Notes: generated by a model from the letters alone, not told the origin. DNA of 64,000 nucleotides from Candidatus Komeilibacteria bacterium (GCA_043801745.1 JAZDLR010000001.1:24374-88373); one strand, 5' to 3'. Shown: positions 1 through 10,467, counted from the first letter of the stretch. Numbers and translations: made by a program.

Positions 1-274
1 GCCTGTCCTGAGCGAAGCCGAAGGAGCCGGCTAATAATTGCTCGGCCCGTGACAACATTTCCTTGGCTGCTTTATTCGTAAAGGTTAAAAGTAAAATGCG
101 GTCTTTAGTAAAACCATTATCAATTAACCAGGACAAACGGTAAATCAGGGTCCGCGTCTTGCCCGAACCGGCTCCGGCCAAAACTAAAGCCGGCCCCGGC
201 TTGCTTTCGACCACGGCCAATTGCTCAGTATTAAGTTCCTGCGCGTAATTAATCGGCTTGACGCTCATGGTCAT
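1..274 (-). CDS. uvrD: UvrD/PcrA-family DNA helicase, N-terminal fragment; the gene continues beyond the window start
   Basis: Minus-strand translation [47 protein letters not shown]... shows a Walker A motif GAGSGKT in the UvrD-type context. The start codon is the reverse complement of 272-274. Confidence 0.75.
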   Translation of the reverse strand, partial: MTMSVKPINYAQELNTEQLAVVESKPGPALVLAGAGSGKTRTLIYRLSWLIDNGFTKDRILLLTFTNKAAKEMLSRAEQLLAGSFGFAQDR

Positions 275-458
275 TACCAAAAAATTTAGCTGCCAGTTCC
301 CAGAGGGCCCGGTCTAATAGCTTCGGATCATTAATAGAGCGTCGCAACTCCGCTTTTTGCCGGCGCAAAAATTTACGCACTGATTTGGGTAATTTACGGG
401 TCATAGCCTGACCATTATAGCAGGCGTACCTGTTTCAGCAACTGGCTGCAATATAGCT

Positions 459-487
459 TTGACAGCAAGAATCAATTATACTATTAT
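459..487 (+). promoter_or_regulatory. sigma70-like promoter upstream of ychF
   Basis: TTGACA at 459-464, a 17-nt spacer, and TATTAT at 482-487. Confidence 0.4.
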
Positions 488-511
488 GGCCTTTCTACTT
501 AACGTAAAACA

Positions 512-1573
512 ATGTCATTTTCACTCGGTATCGTCGGCTTACCTAACGTCGGCAAATCAACTTTATTTCAGGCCTTAACCAAAAAAAAGGTTGATGCTTC
601 GAATTATCCTTTTTGCACGATTGATCCCAATGTCGGCGTCGTGGCCGTGCCGGATGAGCGCTTAGCTAAACTGGCGGTCATGTCCAAATCAGATAAAATT
701 GTTCCCACGGCTATTGAGTTCGTGGATATTGCGGGCTTGGTCAAAGGCGCTTCCACCGGCGAGGGGTTGGGTAATAAATTCTTAACTCACATCCGCGAGG
801 TGGATGCTATTGCGCAAGTGGTCCGGGCTTTCGAAGATCCCAATGTCATCCACGTGCACGGGCAGGTTGATCCAATCGGTGACCGCGAAGTAATTAATTT
901 GGAATTAATCCTGGCTGATCTGGAGGTAGTGAATAATCGTCTGTCTCGGGCAAAACAGCAGGCCAAGGGCATCGTGGCTAAAGAAGCCGTAAAAGAAATT
1001 GAGCTGTTGGAGAAAATCAAAGCTCATCTGGAAGCCAACCGCTTAGCTACAGAACTTAGTTTGACTGAAGAAGAAGTTAAAGCCATCCGCAGTTTAAACT
1101 TACTGACATTAAAACCCATGATCTATATTTATAATGTCAGTGAAGATGAATTAGCTAAACAGCAAAATTTGCCGCCGAATACAATTGCCATCTGTGCCAA
1201 GATTGAATCTGAAGTGGCCGAACTGCCGGAAAATGAACGACAGGAATATTTACAGGCCTTGGGGATTAAAACCACCGGTTTGGATAATTTAATTTCTACC
1301 AGCTATAAGTTACTCAACTTACTCACCTTTATAACCACCGGTCCGATGGAATCTAAAGCTTGGACCATAGTAGCCGGCACTAAAGCGCCACAAGCTGCCG
1401 GTGTAATTCATACTGACTTTGAACAGGGCTTTATCCGCGCTGAAGTTGTGAACTGGCAGGAACTGCTAAATTGCGGCAGTTGGAACGGGGCACGCGAACA
1501 GGGCAAACTGCGCATGGAAGGTAAAGATTACATTATGCAGGATGGAGACGTGGTGCATTTTCATTTTAATTAA
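512..1573 (+). CDS. ychF: ribosome-binding ATPase YchF (Obg-family GTPase)
   Basis: G1 motif [14 protein letters not shown] at the N-terminus and a TGS-like C-terminus. Total length 353 aa. Confidence 0.9.
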   Translation: MSFSLGIVGLPNVGKSTLFQALTKKKVDASNYPFCTIDPNVGVVAVPDERLAKLAVMSKSDKIVPTAIEFVDIAGLVKGASTGEGLGNKFLTHIREVDAIAQVVRAFEDPNVIHVHGQVDPIGDREVINLELILADLEVVNNRLSRAKQQAKGIVAKEAVKEIELLEKIKAHLEANRLATELSLTEEEVKAIRSLNLLTLKPMIYIYNVSEDELAKQQNLPPNTIAICAKIESEVAELPENERQEYLQALGIKTTGLDNLISTSYKLLNLLTFITTGPMESKAWTIVAGTKAPQAAGVIHTDFEQGFIRAEVVNWQELLNCGSWNGAREQGKLRMEGKDYIMQDGDVVHFHFN

Positions 1574-1609
1574 TTTTTCTTCAGCTTGACACTGGGAGCA
1601 AATTAGCCT

Positions 1610-1637
1610 AAAAAGGAACTGCTAGCAGTTCCTTTTT
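1610..1637. terminator. bidirectional rho-independent terminator
   Basis: Perfect hairpin aaaaaggaactgc/gcagttccttttt with A and T runs on both flanks. Confidence 0.6.
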
Positions 1638-1659
1638 ACTTACATCAACGGAGGTCAAC

Positions 1660-2073
1660 GTGAGCTTGTCTTGTCAGCGGGCAACTGATCCAGTCAAATT
1701 GCTGAAACGCAACCGGATCAAGGTTCCGATTACAGTCGCGGCGCAAGCCAATCTGGCCGACTTTATCCAGATTGGAAACCGCAGTATGGTCATGAGCAGG
1801 AAAACCCGGATTGAAAAAATCCGACAGGCCCAAGAGCAGTGGATCGGCCAGCGGGTAAAAGATAAGGGCGGGAACCGCTTTGGACGCGTCCTGTATCTGC
1901 GGATCCGGAATTCCTGCAACGATTTTGATGCCAAAGACCGAGTCACTCCGTACCGCATTCCGTTTCTCGCCTACGTTATCTGGGATTACGGGCCGGCCAA
2001 ATCGGTCGGCCTCAGCACACTCGAACTGGTGGCCAAAAAGGGGGAGGCACCGTGTCTCAAGTTAAAACAATAG
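1660..2073 (+). CDS. hypothetical protein, first gene of a GC-rich cassette
   Basis: GTG start 5 nt after the RBS ggagg (1651-1655). The ORF is 137 aa, about 52-55% GC against about 40% for the neighbouring ychF, and has no recognisable motif. Confidence 0.5.
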   Translation: MSLSCQRATDPVKLLKRNRIKVPITVAAQANLADFIQIGNRSMVMSRKTRIEKIRQAQEQWIGQRVKDKGGNRFGRVLYLRIRNSCNDFDAKDRVTPYRIPFLAYVIWDYGPAKSVGLSTLELVAKKGEAPCLKLKQ

Positions 2074-2420
2074 TCCGCGATCGATTCACGACCAAGGATG
2101 GCGTCACCGTCACTCTTCCTTCGCCTGGAGACGTGATCAAGATCACCATGCTAGAATCCAACGATCGACGTCGCCCAGTCGGCAGAGTAATGCAACTGAT
2201 CGTGTTAACTGTCGATATGAGTGGTCCTTTCAGAAACGTAGTCATTAAGACCAACCATCCTGAGCGTCATAATGACACCGAGAGCTTTCAACTTAGTGAC
2301 GACGGTAAATGGATGACCTCTCCAGTCATTTACCTGAAGTGTAATCTGGAGATCATCGGCTCACTCATCATTCCTTTCCAGCCAGGCAGTTATCGGCCGG
2401 AAACCGATGTCGACATGTGA
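2052..2420 (+). CDS. hypothetical protein, tandem paralogue A (122 aa)
   Basis: GTG start after the RBS gggggagg. Shares the motifs ITMLESNDRRRPVG, VIKTNHPE and FQLSDDGKW with the next ORF. Confidence 0.5.
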   Translation: MSQVKTIVRDRFTTKDGVTVTLPSPGDVIKITMLESNDRRRPVGRVMQLIVLTVDMSGPFRNVVIKTNHPERHNDTESFQLSDDGKWMTSPVIYLKCNLEIIGSLIIPFQPGSYRPETDVDM

Positions 2421-2439
2421 AACCTGCAAGGAGCGAGTC

Positions 2440-2808
2440 ATGACCAGAGCCAAAACAAGAAGTCGTGCGAAGCCGAAAGACAAGAAGCTGATTCTGCCCA
2501 AGCGCCTGGATACGGTCATGATCACCATGTTAGAGTCTGACGGTCGTCGTCGTCCCGCTGGTCTGGAGATGCACCTGCTCGTATGGTGCGCCAGCAAGCG
2601 TGACCAAAAGGGTAATGCTGTGATCTGGACAAATGACCCGGATTATTTCCGCCGCGTTCTGGCCTTCCGCCTTGGAGCAGACGGTCAGTGGCGAATCGGT
2701 CGCTCCCGAAAGAAAGTCGAAATCAAGATCCAAGGATCACTCCTTGACGCAGCCAAGATGCCGCAGCGGCCAACGGGCTTTCAGGCCGGAGCCACATTCG
2801 CTCGCTGA
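2440..2808 (+). CDS. hypothetical protein, tandem paralogue B (122 aa)
   Basis: ATG at 2440 follows the RBS aaggag; the ORF-track start at 2407 has no RBS. Carries ITMLESDGRRRPAG, VIWTNDPD and FRLGADGQW, matching paralogue A. Confidence 0.5.
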   Translation: MTRAKTRSRAKPKDKKLILPKRLDTVMITMLESDGRRRPAGLEMHLLVWCASKRDQKGNAVIWTNDPDYFRRVLAFRLGADGQWRIGRSRKKVEIKIQGSLLDAAKMPQRPTGFQAGATFAR

Positions 2809-2814
2809 AACTTT

Positions 2815-2849
2815 GGGCTCTGTTCAAATCACGAACAGAGCCCTTTTCC
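2815..2849 (+). terminator. rho-independent terminator closing the GC-rich cassette
   Basis: Hairpin gggctctgttc-aaatcacg-aacagagccc followed by ttttcc. Confidence 0.6.
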
Positions 2850-2908
2850 ATTATTATTATCCTCTCCCAAAAAAGGAATTTAGCCCAAAGTCAATTCAGA
2901 TAAATTCC

Positions 2909-2948
2909 TTGACCCCGTTAGAGGCGAAGCATCTCTAACGGGGTTGAC
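2909..2948. repeat. palindromic element, copy 1 of the TTGAC-CCCGTTAGA...TCTAACGGG-GTTGAC family
   Basis: ttgaccccgttagag-gcgaagcat-ctctaacggggttgac. The same arms recur at 17137, 20391, 21337, 23957, 28396, 40661 and 48864. Confidence 0.6.
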
Positions 2949-2972
2949 TTTTAATTGAATCTGTGCTAAAAT
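2944..2972 (+). promoter_or_regulatory. sigma70-like promoter overlapping the right arm of the palindromic element
   Basis: TTGACT at 2944-2949, a 17-nt spacer, and TAAAAT at 2967-2972. No protein ORF follows; a hairpin plus U-tract lies about 100 nt downstream. Confidence 0.35.
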
Positions 2973-3013
2973 GACTTATGTAGGTTCATTCTAGCTACGG
3001 AAAATAAAAAATA

Positions 3014-3068
3014 AACATCAGGTCAATCAACTCCACGCCAACACCGATTCTGATGTTGGTATTTTTTA
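3014..3068 (+). terminator. hairpin with a T-tract, possibly the end of a short non-coding transcript
   Basis: aacatcag ... ctgatgtt forms an 8-bp stem and is followed by ggtatttttta. Confidence 0.3.
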
Positions 3069-3178
3069 TATCGTTCTTTTGGTAGATAGTTACAACCAAT
3101 GAGCCACCACCTAGTGGGGCTACCAAATAATAAGTTGTGACTAATAGACATTTATAATTCACCACGAGGGTGAGTCAG

Positions 3179-3687
3179 CTAACAAGCTGATAAGAAAAAA
3201 CAAAACCAAATCAACATGCAGGCCCTATCTTCATCCAATGGAAGACAAGGCTCTAGCCTCGGGACCCCATGCTTGTTCCGAGGTTTTTGCTTTTTCACTC
3301 CACTCATCTTGACACGATAGCTAAACAGTGGTAGATTTGGCGCTAAATGTTCCTTGGGCATGTGACAAGCAATAGATTGCTGAATGGCAAAGCGCTGTTC
3401 AGAAATCTTCTCGGGCCAGCTGTTGTGGATCAGATTTACCACTATTAACGGCCCCACCGCCTTGAGCTGCTTGTCACAGTAGTATTTGGTACCGCCGGTG
3501 CGTTTGGGAACTGGTATGTGCGGCCACTACCACTACCAACCACCGGTGGTACCGAAAATAAATTTCCGCTGTGCTGCTGGTATTCAGGCCGACGCCATCC
3601 CTGAATTTGGGCCGCGCCAAATCCTGATACCTTCAGTACGGCGGGATATATTTCGCAAAATGCCTGTCCTGTTTTCGGTGCTAGCAA
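3179..3687 (-). pseudogene. possible degraded GC-rich gene remnant (two adjacent-frame ORFs of 92 and 80 aa)
   Basis: Two abutting minus-strand ORFs in different frames with locally elevated GC. No recognisable domain and no good alternative frame. Confidence 0.2.
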
Positions 3688-3847
3688 TCACGCCTTGCGT
3701 CAGCTAAGCGGCCTGCCTGCCGCGCAAGGTTGCCTTGATTGGCTTCACCGATCTGGCCGGACCCGACAAAGAAGTGACTCAGCTGATATTAGGGTACGCA
3801 ACCCCTAATCACTGACGATCTCTGAGTTAGGTCCGGTCTCTTTAATT

Positions 3848-3885
3848 TAAAAAACTCCACGACAAAGGAGTGAAATATTTTTTTA
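3848..3885. terminator. bidirectional terminator downstream of ruvB
   Basis: actccacgacaaaggagt hairpin flanked by A and T tracts. Confidence 0.4.
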
Positions 3886-3918
3886 TCATACTACAACCTA
3901 AAGCCTAATTCCTAACGC

Positions 3919-4950
3919 CTACAATAATTTCTGCGTCACATCCTGCGGCGGCGTCAATCCCATATGTTCATAGCCTCGTTCCGTAACCACGCGTCCACGT
4001 GGTGTCCGAGCGAGAAATCCCAACTGCATTAAATAGGGCTCGTAGATTTCTTCAATCGTTCCCATATCTTCCTGCATCGAAGCCGCCAAAGTGGTGAGCC
4101 CTACCGGTCCGCCGCTAAATTTTTCAATCACAGTTAACAATAACTGCCGGTCCAATTCTTCTAAACCCGCCTGATCAATACCTAACATGTCTAGGGCCTC
4201 TTGTGTTTGCCGCAAAGTAATACGTCCGCCGTCACCTTTGACTTGCGAAAAATCGCGCACGCGTTTCAAAATACGGTTGGCGATACGCGGAGTGGCACGG
4301 CTGCGGCGGGAAATTTCTGACGCCGCGTCATCATCCAATGATAAAGCCAATAGTTGCGCCGAACGCCGGACAATCTGACCGATTTCATCTTTGCGGTAAA
4401 AATCTAAACGGTAAGTTACGCCAAAACGGTCACGCAACGGCGCTGATAATAAATTGTAACGCGTGGTCGCGCCAATAATGGTAAAGCGCGGTAAATCTAA
4501 CCGAACTGTTTGCGCACTTGGTCCCTTACCAATAATTAGATCAATAGCGCAATCTTCCATAGCCGGATAAAGAATTTCCTCAATCACTTTATTCAGACGG
4601 TGGATCTCATCAATAAACAAAATATCTCCGCCTTGCATATTAGTCAGGATCGCCGCCAGATCTCCGGCTTTAGTAATAGCCGGCCCAGAAGTTGTCTTGA
4701 TATTAGCTCCCATCTCGCGGGCAATAATATGAGCCAGTGTTGTTTTGCCTAAACCCGGAGGACCATAAATCAAAACATGCTCAATCGGTTCATTGCGCTG
4801 CTTGGCCGCCTGCAAGAAAATATCCAGATTATTCTTCACCTGTTCCTGACCAATGTACTCGGCTAAAAATCTGGGACGCAAAGTCAGGTCCAGAGTCTTA
4901 TCCTCCGGCAGTTCCTTTAAACTCAAAGATTTATGGGGGTCAACAGTCAT
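3919..4950 (-). CDS. ruvB: Holliday junction branch migration ATPase RuvB
   Basis: Walker A motif [15 protein letters not shown] and the RuvB-type AAA+ and winged-helix C-terminus. Length 343 aa. Confidence 0.95.
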   Translation of the reverse strand: MTVDPHKSLSLKELPEDKTLDLTLRPRFLAEYIGQEQVKNNLDIFLQAAKQRNEPIEHVLIYGPPGLGKTTLAHIIAREMGANIKTTSGPAITKAGDLAAILTNMQGGDILFIDEIHRLNKVIEEILYPAMEDCAIDLIIGKGPSAQTVRLDLPRFTIIGATTRYNLLSAPLRDRFGVTYRLDFYRKDEIGQIVRRSAQLLALSLDDDAASEISRRSRATPRIANRILKRVRDFSQVKGDGGRITLRQTQEALDMLGIDQAGLEELDRQLLLTVIEKFSGGPVGLTTLAASMQEDMGTIEEIYEPYLMQLGFLARTPRGRVVTERGYEHMGLTPPQDVTQKLL

Positions 4951-4995
4951 ATTAAAGTCACCTTAGCACTAAATACAGCCAATTTCAACCATTCT

Positions 4996-5405
4996 CACGC
5001 CATTGCCATTGTCATTGCGAGACCCATCAGCCTCCGGTTGATGGAGCGAAGCAATCTGTAACTAATCATACCAATCCTTAGCCAAATCATCATATTCAGG
5101 ATTATCTTTTATTATCAGTAACTCTTTATTTTTTCGTGATCCACCCTTTATTTGTTTTTCTCTGGCGAGAGCACAAGCAATATCATCTGTCTCCTCATAA
5201 TAAACCAACTTCCTAATATTGTAGTGGGTCGTGAAACTAGTGGAATCAATTTTATTTTTGTGTTCATAAACTCTGCGTTCGAGATCATTAGTAACACCAA
5301 CGTAAATAACGCTATCAGTAAAATTAGTCATTAAATAGACAAAATAGGATTTAGACATATCTTTACAGATTGCTTCCCCCGCCAGAGGCGGGGTCGCAAT
5401 GACAA
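4996..5405. mobile_element. GIY-YIG mini-element bounded by inverted terminal repeats
   Basis: The left end cattgtcattgcgag-(hairpin)-agcgaagcaatctgtaa (about 5003-5060) is mirrored by the reverse complement of the right end, cattgtcattgcgac-(hairpin)-aagcaatctgtaa (about 5362-5400). The only ORF inside is a GIY-YIG gene. Confidence 0.5.
5062..5358 (-). CDS. GIY-YIG nuclease-domain protein (98 aa)
   Basis: N-terminal YFVYLMTNFTDSVIYVGVTNDLERRVYEHK is a canonical GIY-YIG motif. Confidence 0.8.
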   Translation of the reverse strand: MSKSYFVYLMTNFTDSVIYVGVTNDLERRVYEHKNKIDSTSFTTHYNIRKLVYYEETDDIACALAREKQIKGGSRKNKELLIIKDNPEYDDLAKDWYD

Positions 5406-5488
5406 TGTTCAGATAATAATAAAAAACAAAGACCGTCGTCCCTGTTTCATAATTCTTCCCTTACTTCTATCTTCTAACTTCTTCCTTC

Positions 5489-7987
5489 TTATATTAAAAC
5501 CAACGACGTCAGTTCATCCTCCGCTTCCTTGAAACGCATCAGACGCACACCTTGCGTGGCGCGGCCCAAGATAGAAACGGATTTGATTGGCATACGGATA
5601 ACCTGACCCATCTTAGAAATAATAATAGCGTCGCCGTCATGCTTGCTGCTGATAATTCGCACCGCTTTTATCTCACCGGTCTTAGGCGTAACATTAGCTG
5701 TCTTGACGCCTGATCCGCCACGGCCCTGAACTTTATATTCTTTCACCGGCGTACGTTTACCGTAGCCCTTACTCATAACGACTAATAACTGCTCGCCAAC
5801 CTGAATCTGTCCTTCGGGCAACAAATCCATGCCCACGATCAAATCGTTGCCTTTGAGGCGCATACCGCGCACACCGGCCGCGTTACGTCCCATTTCTCGG
5901 ATATCTTTTTCTTTGAAGCGGATAGCCTGACCTTTGGCCGAGATCAACATAATATCATCCTTACCGGTAGAAAGTTTCACCCATTGCAGGCGGTCGCCTT
6001 CTTTCAATTTCAAAGCAATCAAGCCGCTGCGGCGGATATTAGAAAACTTATCAATGCCCACGCGCTTGATCAGACCATGCTCAGTAACCATCACCATATA
6101 CTTGTAAAGTCTGAAATCAGCGCTCTGTAAAATAGAAGAAACTTTTTCTTCCGGGCCAAGCTGCAGGAAATTCACAATATTAGTGCCCTTAGCCGTACGT
6201 GAGGCCGGCGGCACATCATAAGCTTTCAATTGGAACACCCGTCCGCGCGTAGTGAAAAACATCAGATCATCATGAGTATTGGTGGCCAGGAAAAATTCCA
6301 CCTGATCCTCCTCTTTCGTGGTTAAACCGATGACTCCTTTACCGCCCCTGGCCTGACTCTTGAAAGTATCCGGCGGCAAACGTTTAATGTAACCGTCATG
6401 GGTAATGGTGACAACTGCCGGCTCATTGGGAATTAAATCTTCTGTCGTCATTTCTCCGACTCCACCCTTGACTACCCGGGTCCGGCGCTCATCACCAAAT
6501 TTTTCTTTCAAATATTTTAATTCCTCTACGATGATGCTGGTTATCTTCTTCTCGCTCTTAAGAATATCCAGCAACTCCTTTATCAAAGTCTGCTTCTCTT
6601 TTAATTCTCCCTCAATTTTCAAACGCTCCAGATTAGCCAAGCTCTGCAGACGCATTTCCAAAATGGCTGTGGCCTGACGGTCGGACAATTTAAACTTAGT
6701 AATCAGATTAACCTTAGCTACATCCTTATCTTTAGAAGCGCGGATAGTTTTAATCACCGCGTCAATCTTATCCAGGGCCATAACCAAGCCTTCCAAAATG
6801 TGCGCCCGGTCTTTAGCTTTTTCCAGATCAAATTCGGTGCGGCGGCGCACCACCACGCGGCGGTGTTTGAGATATTCTTCTAAAAAGTTCTTCAGCGTCA
6901 ACACCCGGGGCTGTAAGCCGTCAACCAAAGCTAATAAATTAGCGTGAAAAGTTTCTTGCAGCTGTGTATGCTTGTAAAGGTTATTTAATACCTTCTTGGG
7001 ATAAGCATCTTTCTTTAATTCAACTACCACGCGTACGCCGTCGCGGTCAGATTCATCGCGTAAATCTTTGATACCTTCTACTTTCTTATCACGCACCAGG
7101 TTGGCAATCGCTTCCACCAAAGTTGATTTATTAACCTGATAAGGAATGGAAGTAATAATAATACGAAATTGCCCTTCTTTGGTTTCTTCAATTTCCGCTT
7201 CGCCGCGTATGACAATACCGCCCTTACCAGTCGAATAAGTCGCCTTGATATCATTCCAATTATAAATCACGCCGCCAGTCGGAAAATCCGGACCCTTAAC
7301 AAATTCCATCAGGTCATCAACATCACAATCAGGATGGTCAGTTAAATAAATAATGGCGTCAACTAATTCCGTCATATTGTGCGGCGGAATACTAGTCGCC
7401 ATACCGACGGCAATACCGACGCTGCCATTTAATAACAAGTTAGGAGCTTTGGCCGGCAGGACCGAAGGCTCTATTTGTGAACCGTCATAATTGGGAATAA
7501 AGTTGACGGTATTCTTCTCAATATCAGTCAGCATTTCTTCGGCCAAAGGACGCAGCTTGGCTTCGGTATAACGCATGGCCGCCGCACTATCACCGTCCAT
7601 TGATCCGAAGTTGCCCTGACCGTTGACCAACTCATAACGCATGGAGAAATCCTGGGCCATGCGCACCATTGATTCATAAATAGCGCTATCACCATGAGGA
7701 TGGTATTTTCCCATCACTTCTCCGACCACAGTGGCTGACTTACGGAATTTCGCTCCCGGCTTCAAGCCGATATTCCACATGGCGTACAAGACGCGGCGGT
7801 GAACCGGCTTCAAACCATCACGCACATCCGGCAAAGCCCGCGCCACAATAACACTCATGGCATAGTCCAGATAGGATGTCTGCATTTCCTCCACCAACGG
7901 CTGCAACACTAACGTCTCACCACGAGATTGCTCGGGCTTAACAGCGCCGGATTGATTACCTTTATTCTTTTTAATTAATCTGGCCAT
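5489..7987 (-). CDS. gyrA: DNA gyrase subunit A
   Basis: [28 protein letters not shown] with the active-site Tyr region, and C-terminal beta-pinwheel repeats. Length 832 aa. Confidence 0.95.
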   Translation of the reverse strand: MARLIKKNKGNQSGAVKPEQSRGETLVLQPLVEEMQTSYLDYAMSVIVARALPDVRDGLKPVHRRVLYAMWNIGLKPGAKFRKSATVVGEVMGKYHPHGDSAIYESMVRMAQDFSMRYELVNGQGNFGSMDGDSAAAMRYTEAKLRPLAEEMLTDIEKNTVNFIPNYDGSQIEPSVLPAKAPNLLLNGSVGIAVGMATSIPPHNMTELVDAIIYLTDHPDCDVDDLMEFVKGPDFPTGGVIYNWNDIKATYSTGKGGIVIRGEAEIEETKEGQFRIIITSIPYQVNKSTLVEAIANLVRDKKVEGIKDLRDESDRDGVRVVVELKKDAYPKKVLNNLYKHTQLQETFHANLLALVDGLQPRVLTLKNFLEEYLKHRRVVVRRRTEFDLEKAKDRAHILEGLVMALDKIDAVIKTIRASKDKDVAKVNLITKFKLSDRQATAILEMRLQSLANLERLKIEGELKEKQTLIKELLDILKSEKKITSIIVEELKYLKEKFGDERRTRVVKGGVGEMTTEDLIPNEPAVVTITHDGYIKRLPPDTFKSQARGGKGVIGLTTKEEDQVEFFLATNTHDDLMFFTTRGRVFQLKAYDVPPASRTAKGTNIVNFLQLGPEEKVSSILQSADFRLYKYMVMVTEHGLIKRVGIDKFSNIRRSGLIALKLKEGDRLQWVKLSTGKDDIMLISAKGQAIRFKEKDIREMGRNAAGVRGMRLKGNDLIVGMDLLPEGQIQVGEQLLVVMSKGYGKRTPVKEYKVQGRGGSGVKTANVTPKTGEIKAVRIISSKHDGDAIIISKMGQVIRMPIKSVSILGRATQGVRLMRFKEAEDELTSLVLI

Positions 7988-7999
7988 GATTATAGATAA

Positions 8000-8281
8000 C
8001 TACTGATTGGTAGACGTCGTTAAATCAGTATTAATATTGCCCGTTGCCGCCGGCACTGTAGCAGACTCCGTAGTTGAAGACGTTAAGAAATCTGCGTTCT
8101 GCTGCAACAGCTTAATAAAATCATTATTATTCTTATCCAAGGTTTTCATAATCTCTACTTGACGCTGCTGACTGGGACCAGAGAAAATTCCCAGGCGATA
8201 CAAGGCCCACCAGGTCAATAAACCCACAATAATAACCACCACTAATACAATCTGCAAAACTTTTTGGTTATTGGATTCCAT
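8000..8281 (-). CDS. hypothetical small membrane protein
   Basis: A single N-terminal transmembrane helix (VLQIVLVVVIIVGLLTWWALY) followed by a polar tail. Confidence 0.4.
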   Translation of the reverse strand: MESNNQKVLQIVLVVVIIVGLLTWWALYRLGIFSGPSQQRQVEIMKTLDKNNNDFIKLLQQNADFLTSSTTESATVPAATGNINTDLTTSTNQ

Positions 8282-8284
8282 AAT

Positions 8285-8887
8285 TTAAACTGTTAAGACC
8301 ACGACCCGGGTGTCCTCGGTCGTGACGTCTTTTTTAGTAATTTTTAACTTATCAGTAGTCTCGTGTTTGGCGCCATACTCTTTCAAGAAGGGCTCAACCG
8401 CTTCTAGTCCCTTACTGCCGCTGATTTTGGTATAAGCCGGAATAATAATGCTCGGTTCAATCTGATTAATCATAGCCGCGGCTTCCTTGGGCGTCATCAT
8501 ACCACCACCGCCAACGGGCAAAATTAGCACGTCCACACCTTCTATCTTTTCTAAAATTGGCGCTGGTAAATCTTTAGCTTTGACCGGACCAATCCAGGCT
8601 ACAGTAACACCGCCAATATCCAACCAATAAATTACCGAAGCATGATTATAACCCAGACCATTGACAAACACACCCTTAACTTCATACTCGCCCGGCGTAT
8701 CAATAATAAAAGTGCCCTCACCAATGCAAGCCAGATCATCTTTTGTCCGAGGGTGGCTCAAAAGTAGCAACTCGGCGCTGGTCTTTCTTAATTTAAAATT
8801 TGACTCCGGAACCGTCGGGTCAAATATCACAGAAACGTTGCTTTCTTGTAAGCGGAAACAGCCGTAGCCAGACCAGGAAATTTGCAT
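8285..8887 (-). CDS. MBL-fold metal-dependent hydrolase
   Basis: A 200-aa ORF with beta-lactamase-fold-like motifs (LSHPRTKDD...D, VLILPVGGGG). Confidence 0.55.
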   Translation of the reverse strand: MQISWSGYGCFRLQESNVSVIFDPTVPESNFKLRKTSAELLLLSHPRTKDDLACIGEGTFIIDTPGEYEVKGVFVNGLGYNHASVIYWLDIGGVTVAWIGPVKAKDLPAPILEKIEGVDVLILPVGGGGMMTPKEAAAMINQIEPSIIIPAYTKISGSKGLEAVEPFLKEYGAKHETTDKLKITKKDVTTEDTRVVVLTV

Positions 8888-9008
8888 GAATTTAGGGTCA
8901 AAATTAATCGATTAGAACGGAGTAATATTAGCACATTTTACCTTATGAGTAAAGCCCAAAAACAACCATTCCTTCAATTCCGAGCAGGGCCAATAATTAA
9001 ACCAAGTA

Positions 9009-9037
9009 TTGACTAATATGACTAGTTCGGGTAAACT
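9009..9037 (+). promoter_or_regulatory. sigma70-like promoter for the long rpsA leader
   Basis: TTGACT at 9009-9014, a 17-nt spacer, and TAAACT at 9032-9037. Confidence 0.35.
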
Positions 9038-9240
9038 CAGACCACTTAAATTAAAGACCTAAATTGGCGAGAAACAACGCCAATCCCTGGGCCACTTTGT
9101 CAGGTTGTAGCAAGATAGCTTGTAGGTTGTAGGAAGAATTCCTACTGCCTACAACCTAACGCCTAACGCCTGACCAGGTTAACGATCAACTCCCTCGCGA
9201 GCCATCTGGTCGTGAGGATTTTTTAGAAAGAACTACTATT

Positions 9241-10467
9241 GTGCCTACCAAGATTCCAACCAGTCATCTAGTGACCAAAGGTCACCCTATGGATGAGCTG
9301 CTCAAGCAACAAGATTTAATCAAAGTACCCAAGCCCGGCGAACTGGTCGAAGGTACTGTTCTTAGCGTCAGTAAAAACGAAGTCTACCTGGACCTGGATG
9401 GTATGACTACCGGTGTTATCCGCGGTAAAGAAATGGAAGACGAATCCGGCGAATCCGCCTCATTGCAAATTGGTGACCGCACTTCAGCCATGGTTGTTGA
9501 TTTGGAAAATGAACGCGGTGAAGTCGAGTTATCCTTCCGCATGGCCGGACATCAGAAAGCCTGGGACCGTTTAGAAAAATTAATGCGTGACGAACAGCCG
9601 GTAGAAGCCCGAGTCATTGATGCCAATAAAGGCGGTTTGATGGTGAAAGTCGGTAATGTCATTGGTTTCTTGCCGGTCTCGCAATTGACTACAGAAAATT
9701 ATCCCCGCATTGAGGGCGGTGACAAGAATAAAATTTTGGCCTACCTGAAAACCTTTGTTAATAAAGTAATGAAGACCAAAATTATTGACGTTGACGAGAA
9801 AGATGAGAAACTTATCGTTTCCGAGAAAGCTGCCTGGGATGAGAAACAGCGTAAAGCTCTGTCCGGCTACAAAGTCGGCGACACCATCAAGGGTACTATT
9901 ACCGGCGTGGTTGATTTCGGTGCTTTCATTGAATTCGGTGACGGCTTAGAAGGCCTGATTCATATTTCCGAATTGGCCTGGCAGCGTATTGACGATCCCA
10001 AAACCATTGTTAAAGTCGGCGACATTGTCGAAGCGGAAATTATTTCTCTGGATGACACCAAAGTCTCACTATCCATGAAAAAATTGAAAGATGATCCTTG
10101 GAAAGACGTAGAAAAGAAATATAAGATCGGCGACAAAGTCACTGGTAAAGTTTTGAAACTCAATCCCTTTGGCGCCTTCGTGGAATTGGATCAGGATATT
10201 CACGGTTTGGCCCACATCTCGGAATTAAGCGAAAAACCCATCAAGAGTCCCGATGAAGCGGTTCACGTCGGTGAAAGTTACGACTTCCGCGTCATTACCA
10301 TAGAAGCTAAAGATCACCGTCTGGGCCTTTCCTTGCGCCCTCCGCGCCCACCCAAGATCAAAAAAGAAATAACTCAAGAAACTGCCGGCGAAACAACTCC
10401 CCCAATTGAAACTACTCCGGTACCAGTAAGTGAAACTCCGACCAGCGATACTCCGGCCGCAGCTTAA
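9241..10467 (+). CDS. rpsA: 30S ribosomal protein S1 (four S1 domains)
   Basis: Repeated S1 folds (GELVEGTVLSV..., IGDKVTGKVLKLNPFGAFVEL). GTG at 9241; the ATG at 9289 is an alternative start. Confidence 0.85.
   Translation: MPTKIPTSHLVTKGHPMDELLKQQDLIKVPKPGELVEGTVLSVSKNEVYLDLDGMTTGVIRGKEMEDESGESASLQIGDRTSAMVVDLENERGEVELSFRMAGHQKAWDRLEKLMRDEQPVEARVIDANKGGLMVKVGNVIGFLPVSQLTTENYPRIEGGDKNKILAYLKTFVNKVMKTKIIDVDEKDEKLIVSEKAAWDEKQRKALSGYKVGDTIKGTITGVVDFGAFIEFGDGLEGLIHISELAWQRIDDPKTIVKVGDIVEAEIISLDDTKVSLSMKKLKDDPWKDVEKKYKIGDKVTGKVLKLNPFGAFVELDQDIHGLAHISELSEKPIKSPDEAVHVGESYDFRVITIEAKDHRLGLSLRPPRPPKIKKEITQETAGETTPPIETTPVPVSETPTSDTPAAA

Noticed and set aside
787-1020. Antisense and alternative-frame ORFs from the six-frame track, nested inside well-supported genes (for example 787..1020 in ychF, 6405..6677 in gyrA, 10956..11349 in ftsH, 15160..15387 in pilB, 33398..34606 in smc, 56496..56909 in uvrB)
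   Set aside because: They lie entirely within or opposite strongly supported conserved genes. They lack RBSs and have no recognisable motifs.
2909-2948. Calling the palindromic elements bona fide integron attC sites
   Set aside because: The arms only loosely resemble the attC core (GTTAGAR versus GTTRRRY). The elements are about 40 bp, shorter than known attC sites, and no intI gene is in the window. The resemblance is kept only as a hypothesis in the findings.
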